This document shows, piece by piece, positions 41,184 through 49,116 of a DNA stretch of 64,000 nucleotides. A program made the translations under genes and the position numbers. The DNA is from Phycisphaerales bacterium (lineage in GTDB: Bacteria; Planctomycetota; Phycisphaerae; Phycisphaerales; UBA1924), in assembly GCA_965232505.1 (NCBI GenBank), contig OZ246976.1, positions 1,694,757-1,758,756 on the forward strand, written 5' to 3'. Each line of letters opens with the position of its first letter. Position 1 is the stretch's first letter. The notes under the pieces are model-generated. The model had not been told where the DNA came from. It was given only the letters and a program-made list of their open reading frames with translations, and ran no database searches.

Positions 41184-43025
41184 ATGCACGGCCCCTTTGA
41201 AAGGCTGATTCCTGTGCAGATACGCAATTTTTCTATCATCGCCCATATCGACCACGGCAAGTCCACGCTTGCGGATCGTCTGCTCCAAGCGACCAACGCG
41301 GTGAGCGACCGCGAAGCGAAGGCGCAGCTGCTGGATTCGATGGATCTTGAGCGCGAGCGCGGGATCACGATCAAGGCGTCCGCCGTGACGGTCATGCACC
41401 ATCACAACGGCGAAGACTACATGCTCAACTTCATCGATACGCCGGGGCACGTGGACTTCGGGTACGAGGTCTCTCGCGCGCTCAAGGCATGTGAGGGCGC
41501 GCTGCTGATCGTGGACGCTTCCCAAGGCGTCGAGGCGCAGACGGTGGTCAATACCTACCTCGCGGTTGAGCAGGACCTGGAGATCGTGCCTGTCCTCAAC
41601 AAGATCGATCTTCCTGGCGCGCGTCCCGATGAGATCGCGGACGAGGTCGAGCAGGTGCTCGGGATCGACGCGATGGACTGCATCCCTGTTTCCGCGAAGA
41701 CGGGCGAGGGGATCCCTGAGCTGCTTGATGCGATCTGCGATCGCTTCCCGGCTCCCGCGCCTCCGACGACGGACAAGACGCGGGCACTGATCTTTGATGC
41801 GGTCTACGACGACTACCGCGGCGTGATCGTGTACTGCCGAGTGTTTGATGGGAAGCTCAAGGTGGGTGACAAGATCCTGATGATGGGTCTTGAGCGGACC
41901 TTTACGATTACTGAGCTTGGGAAGTACAACCCGAAGCCGGAGAAGTACAAAGAGATCGGTGCGGGAGAGACGTGCTATCTCGTCGCGGCGATCAAGACGC
42001 TCGGCGATGTGCGTGTTGGTGATACGATCACGATTGATCATGATCGTGCCGCGGAGCCGCTGGCGGGGTATGAGCCCCCGGCGCAGATGGTGTTCTGTGA
42101 CTTCTATCCATCGACGACGGAGAAGAAGGGCAACGACTTCGAGGAACTTCGCGAGGGGATGGAGAAACTGGCGCTCAACGACTCGTCGTTCTCGTTCCAA
42201 GCGGTGCATAGCGAGGCGCTGGGGTTCGGATTCCGCTGTGGGTTCCTTGGTCTCTTGCATATGGACATCATCCAGGAGCGTCTGGAGCGCGAAGCGGGGG
42301 TCGAGGTTGTGCAGACGGCGCCGACTGTGTCGTACAAGATCAAAATGCGCGGCAAGGGCAACGAGATCTTCGAGAAAGAGATCCACAACCCTGCGGACCT
42401 TCCCGATGCGGGACTGATTACTGAGTTTTCTGAACCGATCTGCAAGGTCGAGATCATGACTCCGGAGCGGTACATCGGTGAGACGATGAAGCTGTGTCTG
42501 GATCGGCGCGGGATCTTCAAGAACCAGACGTTCGTGAGTCAGGGACGCGACATGCTGACGTTCGAGATCCCGCTTGCGGAGATCATCTTCGACTTCTACG
42601 ACAAGCTCAAGGGGATCAGTCAGGGCTACGCGACGATGGACTACGAGGTCATCCGCTACGACAAGAACGAGCTCGTTAAGGTCAGCATCCTGATCAACGG
42701 CGATCCGGTCGAGGCGTTGTCATTGATCTGTCACAGGGATCGAGCCGTGGCGCGTGGGAAGCTGCTGCTGAGCAAGCTCAAGAAGCAGATCGATCGTCAC
42801 CAGTTCGAGATCCCGTTGCAAGCCGCGATCGGTGGGAAGATCATCGCACGCGAGACGATCAAGGGATTCCGCAAGGATGTCACGGCGAAATGCTACGGCG
42901 GCGACGTCTCGCGTAAACGCAAACTCCTCGAAGCACAGAAGAAGGGCAAGAGCAAGATGAAATCCATCGGCTCGGTCAACATCCCACAGAAGGCGTTCAT
43001 GGCGGTGCTGGATACGGGGGAGTGA
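41184..43025 (+). CDS. lepA: Elongation factor 4
   Basis: IRNFSIIAHIDHGKSTLADRLL, DTPGHVDF, NKIDLP, C-terminal LepA domain (...QAAIGGKIIARETI...KCYGGDVSRKRKLLEAQKKGK). Confidence 0.95.
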   Translation: MHGPFERLIPVQIRNFSIIAHIDHGKSTLADRLLQATNAVSDREAKAQLLDSMDLERERGITIKASAVTVMHHHNGEDYMLNFIDTPGHVDFGYEVSRALKACEGALLIVDASQGVEAQTVVNTYLAVEQDLEIVPVLNKIDLPGARPDEIADEVEQVLGIDAMDCIPVSAKTGEGIPELLDAICDRFPAPAPPTTDKTRALIFDAVYDDYRGVIVYCRVFDGKLKVGDKILMMGLERTFTITELGKYNPKPEKYKEIGAGETCYLVAAIKTLGDVRVGDTITIDHDRAAEPLAGYEPPAQMVFCDFYPSTTEKKGNDFEELREGMEKLALNDSSFSFQAVHSEALGFGFRCGFLGLLHMDIIQERLEREAGVEVVQTAPTVSYKIKMRGKGNEIFEKEIHNPADLPDAGLITEFSEPICKVEIMTPERYIGETMKLCLDRRGIFKNQTFVSQGRDMLTFEIPLAEIIFDFYDKLKGISQGYATMDYEVIRYDKNELVKVSILINGDPVEALSLICHRDRAVARGKLLLSKLKKQIDRHQFEIPLQAAIGGKIIARETIKGFRKDVTAKCYGGDVSRKRKLLEAQKKGKSKMKSIGSVNIPQKAFMAVLDTGE

Positions 43026-43052
43026 ATTGTTTCAGCAATGTGAGGGGCTGAC

Positions 43053-43409
43053 ATGCTTGATTTGATGCCTATTTCTCTTGTTGTTTGGTACTTGATTTTT
43101 GTCAAGTTTAATTTTTATCAAACCATACATTGTGCGACATTTAAAGGTGAGAGTCAAGGGTTCGTACAGTTGCTCTATGTGTCTGGGCTTGTTGCGACAA
43201 TCTGCCAAATTGCTTTTTTGCTCTATTACGGATGGAGCGTTCGTTGGTATTTGCCCATTGTTCTGTTTGTTGTTTGCTACCTGTTGCGCATGGCCTCGGG
43301 TTTAATAGATGAGATTCTCAATGTAAAAGATTGGCTCTACATCATGAGTCTGATTGGCTTTGTGGTATGGCCGTGCGCTGCATTTTTTATGTTCAGAGCA
43401 ATTCCTTGA
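43053..43409 (+). CDS. Small four-TM membrane protein of unknown function, strongly AT-rich gene
   Basis: A 118-codon open frame in DNA of about 38-42% GC (hand count: 31/100 and 45/100 in the first 200 nt). Stops would be frequent there by chance. The product has four hydrophobic segments. Confidence 0.7.
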   Translation: MLDLMPISLVVWYLIFVKFNFYQTIHCATFKGESQGFVQLLYVSGLVATICQIAFLLYYGWSVRWYLPIVLFVVCYLLRMASGLIDEILNVKDWLYIMSLIGFVVWPCAAFFMFRAIP

Positions 43410-43420
43410 TGAATATGGCT

Positions 43421-43517
43421 GGGTGCCCCGACTCGCCGTCTTCGGCGCAGTCGGGATCGAGCATTCTTCGCACAACGGAAGACCCGACTGCGCGTAAGAA
43501 CGCGAGTCGGGGCACCC
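43421..43517. repeat. 97-nt nested-palindrome element, copy 1
   Basis: Outer arms GGGTGCCCCGACTCGC / GCGAGTCGGGGCACCC. Inner arms GCGCAGTCGGG / CCCGACTGCGC. It differs from copy 2 at only 2 of 97 nt. Confidence 0.9.
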
Positions 43518-43566
43518 GCTCCCTAGAATCCGGGAATGCAGGTTTCAACTAAAACGGGATTACACG

Positions 43567-44064
43567 ATGAATGACTCGCCTTCTACTTCACCATCCACCA
43601 ACGACTCTGACTCAAAGGCCGTGGGTAAAAAGAAACGCAACCTGTGGAGAGGTTTCTGGCTGACTTTCCTCGTGCTCTCGCTCGCCTTTGCGTGGTACAG
43701 CTTTTATGTCCCATCGAATGACGTCGCTTGGGCTGGGAACTTCACCTTGGCTCAGCAGAGATCAGTCGAAACAGACAAGCCGATCATTCTTTATTTCACT
43801 GGGGTGTGGTGTGCTCCTTGTCGCATCATGAAGCGTCAGGTGTGGGCGGATGAAGAGGTGACCGCGTTAGTCAACGAGCAGTTCATCCCGGTGGCGCTTG
43901 ATGTCGATGATCCTGAGAATGCGGCACTCATGGAGCGCTACGGCATCGTCGGTCCGCCGGTCATCATCGTGAGTGATGCGGAGGGGAATGCGCTCCGATG
44001 GAAAGCGGGGGGAATGGGTAAAGCCGAGTTCCTCGAGCTGCTCAATCCGTCGAGTCCTGATTAG
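43567..44064 (+). CDS. Membrane-anchored thioredoxin-fold protein (Thioredoxin_7-like, WCAPC)
   Basis: TM helix LWRGFWLTFLVLSLAFAWYSF, then ILYFTGVWCAPCRIMK active site and the GPPVIIV cis-Pro region. Confidence 0.85.
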   Translation: MNDSPSTSPSTNDSDSKAVGKKKRNLWRGFWLTFLVLSLAFAWYSFYVPSNDVAWAGNFTLAQQRSVETDKPIILYFTGVWCAPCRIMKRQVWADEEVTALVNEQFIPVALDVDDPENAALMERYGIVGPPVIIVSDAEGNALRWKAGGMGKAEFLELLNPSSPD

Positions 44065-44080
44065 ATTTCAACTTGCTGCA

Positions 44081-44177
44081 GGGTGCCCCGACTCGCCGTC
44101 TTCGGCGCAGTCGGGATCGAGCATTCTTCGCACAACGGAAATCCCGACTGCGCGTAAGAACGCGAGTCGGGGCACCC
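44081..44177. repeat. 97-nt nested-palindrome element, copy 2
   Basis: Same sequence as 43421-43517 except GA to AT at 44141-44142. This change lengthens the inner stem to 13 bp. Confidence 0.9.
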
Positions 44178-44210
44178 TTGGAAATACTGCGTGCCACCTA
44201 GGATACTTGC

Positions 44211-44798
44211 TTACTCGAAGACCACCGGCTCGCCTCGGCGGGAGGCGTCGATGACGATGAAGGCGCGGGTTTCTTGTGCTTCGAGCAGGTTGGTGATGCT
44301 GTGGGGTTCGTCCGCGGCGTAGTTGGCGCTCTCTCCTGATCCGAGCTCGACGCGTGCGTTGTCCTCGATGCTTGGGTTGATTCGTTCGATCGCGAGTCGT
44401 CCGGTGATGCAGGTCGCGTGCTCGACGACTCCGGCGCCGTCGGCGTTGAACTCGACGCTCTGACCTGGTGGGAAGATGAAGAGCAGGACCTGGACGCCGT
44501 GGGAGACCATCGGTGGGCTGAGGAGGTGTCGCTCGACTCCGGATTGTGGGTCAACGAGGATGCGTCGTTTGTCGCCTTCGAGTTTTTCGAGTCGTGTGGA
44601 GCGTGGGACGTCGAGGAGGTCGGAGATCTGGCAGTCGAGTCCGAGTGAGATGGAGCAGGCGACGCGGAGGGTGGGGTTCTTCTTTCCGGACTCGATCTCG
44701 CTGAGCATGGCTTTGCTGATGCCGCAGCGTTCGCTGAGCTCGCCTTGGCTGAGATCGAGTTGTGTGCGTCGAGCACGGACGGCGTCGCCGAAATCCAT
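44211..44798 (-). CDS. XRE-family HTH transcriptional regulator with C-terminal cupin domain
   Basis: HTH LSQGELSERCGISKAMLSEIESGKKNPTL. Cupin-like C-terminus (FPPGQSVEFNADGAGVVEH...). The start was chosen at the internal MDFGDAV (ATG 44796-44798). Confidence 0.85.
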   Translation of the reverse strand: MDFGDAVRARRTQLDLSQGELSERCGISKAMLSEIESGKKNPTLRVACSISLGLDCQISDLLDVPRSTRLEKLEGDKRRILVDPQSGVERHLLSPPMVSHGVQVLLFIFPPGQSVEFNADGAGVVEHATCITGRLAIERINPSIEDNARVELGSGESANYAADEPHSITNLLEAQETRAFIVIDASRRGEPVVFE

Positions 44799-44814
44799 AA
44801 ATTTGTTCTCCAAT

Positions 44815-44888
44815 GCGAAATAATTCGCTATAGCGATTGACTTATTCCCGATGGATAGTATGCTATAGCGAAATAGTTCGCTTGTCAA
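44815..44888. promoter_or_regulatory. Divergent promoter/operator region
   Basis: GCGAAATAATTCGCTATAGCG (44815-44835) and GCTATAGCGAAATAGTTCGC (44862-44881) are inverted copies of one another. Plus-strand promoter: TTGACT (44837-44842), 16 nt, TATGCT (44859-44864). Minus-strand promoter: TTGACA (complement of 44883-44888), 17 nt, TAGCAT. Confidence 0.55.
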
Positions 44889-44929
44889 GCATCGGCTCAA
44901 CGTGGCCCCAGGTTCGAAAGGAGTACGCC

Positions 44930-45109
44930 ATGTCGGAAAAAATCGTGTCTCAGTGGAGTTCTTTCCCGGATCAACGCTCGTTTTGGCGCCTCAGCGCGTT
45001 CGGGGCAGCGTTCGCGATAGCGATCATTCTTGCGGTCACCCTGACTCCCAATGCGTCGGCGGGCGATGCTGAGGGGGATACGCGCGCGGTGGTGGCTGAT
45101 CTTCCCTGA
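44930..45109 (+). CDS. 59-aa single-TM small protein
   Basis: AAAGGAG lies 7 nt upstream of the ATG at 44930. TM segment FWRLSAFGAAFAIAIILAVTL. A hairpin follows the gene. Confidence 0.5.
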   Translation: MSEKIVSQWSSFPDQRSFWRLSAFGAAFAIAIILAVTLTPNASAGDAEGDTRAVVADLP

Positions 45110-45131
45110 TCGGGATCTGACGACAAATCAA

Positions 45132-45167
45132 CAACCCCGGCGGGATTGTGTGATCGCGCCGGGGTTG
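45132..45167. terminator. Hairpin between convergent genes (possible bidirectional terminator)
   Basis: CAACCCCGGCG ... CGCCGGGGTTG 11-bp stem, followed by a T-containing tract (TGCCGTTATATTT). Confidence 0.5.
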
Positions 45168-45199
45168 TGCCGTTATATTTGGTTTGGTATTCGGATTGA

Positions 45200-45760
45200 T
45201 TACTCGTAGTGCAGCTCGAGTGTGCGGACGTGCTTGCCGTTGCTCAGGACGACGGCGAAGAAGCGGTCGAACTCGGTTTCTTCGAGGTCCTCGTAGTGGG
45301 GGCCTCCGAGTGCGGTGATGATCATGGGCACGGTGTTGGAGTGGGCGACGACGAGTGTGGCGTTGGATCCTGGTAGAGCGGTGATAGCGTCCGCGACTCC
45401 TTCGGCGTCGAATGGGTTGTAGATGGTGGTGGAGATGTTGTGATTCAGAGCGACCGGGGTGCCGGTTTGGATGGAGCGTCCGGTGTTGGTGACATAGACG
45501 GCGGCGAGTTGCTCGGATTGGAGGGTGTTGATCAAGCTCTGTACACGCGCGATTCCAGCGGGTGAGAGATCGGGGTTGTTGCCTTCCAGTGTGTCGGCGT
45601 GGCGGATGACATACACGACATCGGTGGTGATCTCTTGGGCCGCGGGGGGTTGGTGAGCGCGGGTTGATTTCGTGGGTTGGGGTGCGGTCTGCAAGCCGAG
45701 AAGCGCCGCGAGCGACAGGATCAGAATGAGCGAGATGCTGAGTGCTTTAAGTGATGGCAT
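45200..45760 (-). CDS. Secreted histidine phosphatase superfamily protein (SixA/PGAM-like)
   Basis: Signal peptide, VYVIRHADT (RHx catalytic motif), VVAHSNTV second His. Confidence 0.75.
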   Translation of the reverse strand: MPSLKALSISLILILSLAALLGLQTAPQPTKSTRAHQPPAAQEITTDVVYVIRHADTLEGNNPDLSPAGIARVQSLINTLQSEQLAAVYVTNTGRSIQTGTPVALNHNISTTIYNPFDAEGVADAITALPGSNATLVVAHSNTVPMIITALGGPHYEDLEETEFDRFFAVVLSNGKHVRTLELHYE

Positions 45761-45795
45761 GCGATTATTCCTGTGCTGGGATGATTGGATTGGGA

Positions 45796-46557
45796 TTAGC
45801 AGAGCTTCGCGCCTTTGGATTCGTAGAAATCCGCGAGGCCTTCGCGCGCTGCGTAGCTGTATTTCTTTGCGATCGACTCGGACCAGGTCGCGGGTGGGGC
45901 GCCGCGGTCGGTGAGGTATTGCTTGTAGAGTTCGTCGTACTGATCGATGTGCGCGAGGTTCTGTTCGTCGCTTGGGTACTCGTTCTCGAAGAGCATCGCT
46001 TGGGGGGCGAGGCGTGGGCGATGCATTGGGGATTCGTCGGGGGTTCCGGCGCAGAGGCCGTAGAGGGGGAGGACGCCTTGCGGGAGGGTGAGGATTTTGT
46101 CGAGTTTGGGGAGGTCATTGCGGATGCCTCCGATGTAGCAGGTGCCGTATCCGAGGGATTCGAGGGCGAGGGTGAAGTTTTGGGCGAAGAGGGACGCGTC
46201 AACTGCGCCGACGAGGAATGCTTCGAGTCCGGTGGTGTAGTCGTTGCCTGCTCGCTCGGTGATGAGCATGTGTTTGCGAAGGTCGGCGCAGATGACGAAG
46301 AATGAGCCGCAGTCGCGGACTTTCTGTTGTGGTCCGGCGAGGTCGGCGATCTGTTGGCGTTTGTCGTTGTCGGTGATGTGGAGGATGCAGTAGGGCTGGA
46401 CGGCGGAGGAGGTCGCGGCGGCTTGGCCGGCGATCATCGCGGCGTTGATGTGCTCCTGCGGGATCGGATCGGGGGTGTACTTGCGGATCGAGCGGTGGGC
46501 GAGCATGGTGTCGATTGTGGGAGTGGTCGGATTGGTCGATGGTGACTGGGTATTCAT
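45796..46557 (-). CDS. Oxygen-insensitive NAD(P)H nitroreductase, NfsA-like
   Basis: MLAHRSIRKYTPDPIP, QPYCILHITD, GGIRN, C-terminal NfsA-type extension. The start was chosen at the internal MNTQSP (ATG 46555-46557). Confidence 0.82.
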   Translation of the reverse strand: MNTQSPSTNPTTPTIDTMLAHRSIRKYTPDPIPQEHINAAMIAGQAAATSSAVQPYCILHITDNDKRQQIADLAGPQQKVRDCGSFFVICADLRKHMLITERAGNDYTTGLEAFLVGAVDASLFAQNFTLALESLGYGTCYIGGIRNDLPKLDKILTLPQGVLPLYGLCAGTPDESPMHRPRLAPQAMLFENEYPSDEQNLAHIDQYDELYKQYLTDRGAPPATWSESIAKKYSYAAREGLADFYESKGAKLC

Positions 46558-46667
46558 GTGAAAGGATAGTTCCCAAGATTGTGACGGGTAGAGCGGCGGG
46601 GCGCATCCAGTATTCTCATAGACGGCGGTTTGCCGCTGATGCACGGGACTCAAGCAGGAGATACAGG

Positions 46668-47480
46668 ATGGACTGGACGAAGAACGCACGCGGGGGCGCG
46701 GATGTGAAACTGATTATCGCGCTGCTCTTTGCGCTCGGCGGATTGTCATGGGCGGCGGTGTCGTTCATGAGCAGTGGCAAGCAGAAAGCTCAGCCGACTG
46801 GGCCTCGGATTGTGGACGCGGTGATCGATGATGAGGGCAACGAGATCGACGCGAGCTACACCAAAGCAAGCAGCGACAAGCAGATCGATCAGGTCAAGGG
46901 CGAGATCGAGCAAGCGATCCAGCAGCAAGCACAAGCCGCACTGGCGCAGATCAATGCTCCCAAAGGGCTCCCCGACGGACTGAGCGACGCGACACTCAAC
47001 GCGTTCATCCCTGTCTTGAGCGGTGATCACGATTCGTTCATCGATGCGATCATCGCGATGGGTGGCAAGGTCCCGGGCGAGCTCGAAGACGATCATCCGA
47101 TGTTCACGCACCTGACGAAAGTGTTCAAGGACGCGAAGGTGGACCTCTCGCGGATTACTGTGGAGCGGTTCGTCGCTCCAGAGGGCGGGCGGATGCAGAT
47201 GCGCCGCGAGGTGGAGACCGATGATGTTGATGTCGAGCCAGGCGAGGGAGGGCGCGGCGGGGTGAGCACGCAGGTCATGGAGATGCAGCCCGCAACGTTG
47301 TTCCCCGATGCGCCACCAAAGCAGGACCCAACAGCGGTGCAGATCAAGATCCCGGTCCAGCCCAAGGGTGACAAGAACGAATCGATCTTCGCGCTGATCC
47401 TCACATGGAACAAGGACGCGAAGCTCTGGCAACCCGCGGCGTACCAGGTCATCAAGAACCGACTGATGGAGGACGGATAA
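46668..47480 (+). CDS. Membrane-anchored hypothetical protein
   Basis: AGGAG upstream of the ATG at 46668. TM LIIALLFALGGLSWAAVSF. Its stop abuts the start of the next gene. Confidence 0.6.
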   Translation: MDWTKNARGGADVKLIIALLFALGGLSWAAVSFMSSGKQKAQPTGPRIVDAVIDDEGNEIDASYTKASSDKQIDQVKGEIEQAIQQQAQAALAQINAPKGLPDGLSDATLNAFIPVLSGDHDSFIDAIIAMGGKVPGELEDDHPMFTHLTKVFKDAKVDLSRITVERFVAPEGGRMQMRREVETDDVDVEPGEGGRGGVSTQVMEMQPATLFPDAPPKQDPTAVQIKIPVQPKGDKNESIFALILTWNKDAKLWQPAAYQVIKNRLMEDG

Positions 47481-48299
47481 ATGAAATCGCGCACGAATCC
47501 ATCACGCGGATTTACGCTCATCGAGCTCTTGGTCGTCATCGGGATCATTGGGGTTCTTATTGGCTTGCTGCTGCCAGCACTCTCAGGCGCACGTGGATCG
47601 GCGCTGCAGACGGTAGCGCTCAGTAATGTGCGATCGGTCGGTACGCAGTTCCAGGTCTTCGCAGATGAGAAGGGGAAGTATCCGCAGCAGAATCCTGGGG
47701 AGCTTCCATCGAGTATTGATCTTGGTCAGGACTTTGAGCCGGTTGGTGATGAGGTGATTATCGAGTGGTATCCGGGTGGGATGATCATCGCGACGACGGA
47801 TTACTTCAGTCACAGCTGGATGTGGCCCGCGATGGTCGCGCCAATTGATGATTGGCCAACCTACTGGGAGACGTGGATTTCTCCACGCAAGGATCAAGAC
47901 CTCCCGAAGCTCGAGGACTTTGACTTTCAGCAGGGGATCAACGAGCGTGAGATGATCTCGCTCGCGTACTCCAACTCGTTCGTTGCTCGTCCCGAGTATT
48001 GGGATGGGGAGTCGCACGCTGGGGATCTGTCATTGCTGCGATCGACGAGGCCGCATGATGTGAAGTTTGCTTCGGGGAAGGTGATGCTGTGGGACGATGA
48101 CCTGTCGTACCTGACCGGTAAGAAGCTCCCTGAGCGTGTGGATGGATTGCTTGATGCAAAGACCCCGATGGTTTTCGCGGACGGTCACGCGGACGCGCTG
48201 CTCCCGAGCGATGCGAGCGAAGGTGTTGAGAACTCGATGACCGGCGAATCCACGAAGCTGCACAACACGGCTGATGGTGTGCATGGGAGGGATTACTAG
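47481..48299 (+). CDS. Prepilin-type N-terminal cleavage/methylation domain protein (DUF1559-like pseudopilin)
   Basis: RGFTLIELLVVIGIIGVLIGLLLPAL and C-terminal ...VFADGHA. Confidence 0.85.
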   Translation: MKSRTNPSRGFTLIELLVVIGIIGVLIGLLLPALSGARGSALQTVALSNVRSVGTQFQVFADEKGKYPQQNPGELPSSIDLGQDFEPVGDEVIIEWYPGGMIIATTDYFSHSWMWPAMVAPIDDWPTYWETWISPRKDQDLPKLEDFDFQQGINEREMISLAYSNSFVARPEYWDGESHAGDLSLLRSTRPHDVKFASGKVMLWDDDLSYLTGKKLPERVDGLLDAKTPMVFADGHADALLPSDASEGVENSMTGESTKLHNTADGVHGRDY

Positions 48300-48300
48300 T

Positions 48301-49116
48301 TTACTTCCAGCGTTCCGGCGAATCGATGTAGTGCGGATTGTTTACAGAGCTGATCGATCCGATCGCGTGCTCTGGAAGACTTCGGCTGCTCGGATCGTGC
48401 GAGCTTCGTTGGACTGAACCATCCACGCGTGCGTTGATCGCTTGTCCGAATGAGGTCGAGCGGTCGATGCCGTGTCTGAACGCGGTGGTGGGGGAGTAGT
48501 TCTCGATCCAGTATCCGTGACCGGCGTAGATGCTTGGTGGGTCGAGCAGGGCGCTGCTGGAGGGGAGATCACCAAAGAACGAGATCAGTGCATCGGCGAA
48601 CACGACGAGTTTGGTCGGATGCTGGACCTGGTGGGTCTTGACAGTGCGCTGATTGATGAGTGTGTGGTATCCGGTGGTGTTTGGCGAGAGTCCGTATGCG
48701 TTGTAGCCGTAGGTTGAGGTGAAGGTGTTGAACTGCCCTTGGTGTTTGTAGGTGCCCTCGGGTTGGTTGGGGCATTCATAGACCGAGCGATCTCCGAGCG
48801 CCGCGGCGAGGTATGGGGAGAGTGTTCCGGTGGTGTGGTCGAGCGTGTGGGAGGAGGCGTGCTCGGTGCCGTACCAGTAGGTGCGGCTTGCGGATTGGGT
48901 TTGCAGGTGAGGCATCGCGCTGCCTCGGTTCTCGTCGGTGTACATCGTCCAACCGATGGTGAGCTGACGGAGGTTGGACTCGCACTTGATCGCGCGGGCG
49001 CTCCCTCGAGCGGCACTGAGCGACGGGAGCATGATCCCGATGAGCAGCGCGATGATCGCGACGACGACCAAGAGCTCGATGAGCGTGAAACCATGATGGG
49101 CGCGTTTGGTGGTCAT
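48301..49116 (-). CDS. Prepilin-type N-terminal cleavage/methylation domain protein (DUF1559-like pseudopilin)
   Basis: HGFTLIELLVVVAIIALLIGIMLPSL and C-terminal ...RHG...VDGSV. The start ATG (49114-49116) overlaps the upstream stop (ATGA). Confidence 0.85.
   Translation of the reverse strand: MTTKRAHHGFTLIELLVVVAIIALLIGIMLPSLSAARGSARAIKCESNLRQLTIGWTMYTDENRGSAMPHLQTQSASRTYWYGTEHASSHTLDHTTGTLSPYLAAALGDRSVYECPNQPEGTYKHQGQFNTFTSTYGYNAYGLSPNTTGYHTLINQRTVKTHQVQHPTKLVVFADALISFFGDLPSSSALLDPPSIYAGHGYWIENYSPTTAFRHGIDRSTSFGQAINARVDGSVQRSSHDPSSRSLPEHAIGSISSVNNPHYIDSPERWK

Noticed and set aside
43421-44177. Possible CRISPR array
   Set aside because: There are only two repeat copies. The repeat is 97 nt and strongly palindromic, the 563-nt 'spacer' is a thioredoxin-like gene, and no cas genes are in the window.
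43421-44177. Canonical integron attC sites
   Set aside because: No RYYYAAC/GTTRRRY boxes occur at the element ends, and no intI or attI is in the window. It is kept only as a hypothesis to test, not as a feature call.
43331-44254. ORFs 43331-43552 and 43973-44254 sharing the peptide CPDSPSSAQSGSSILRTTE.PTARKNASRGT
   Set aside because: The shared peptide is simply the translation of the 97-nt repeat. The frames run through palindromic DNA and overlap real genes.
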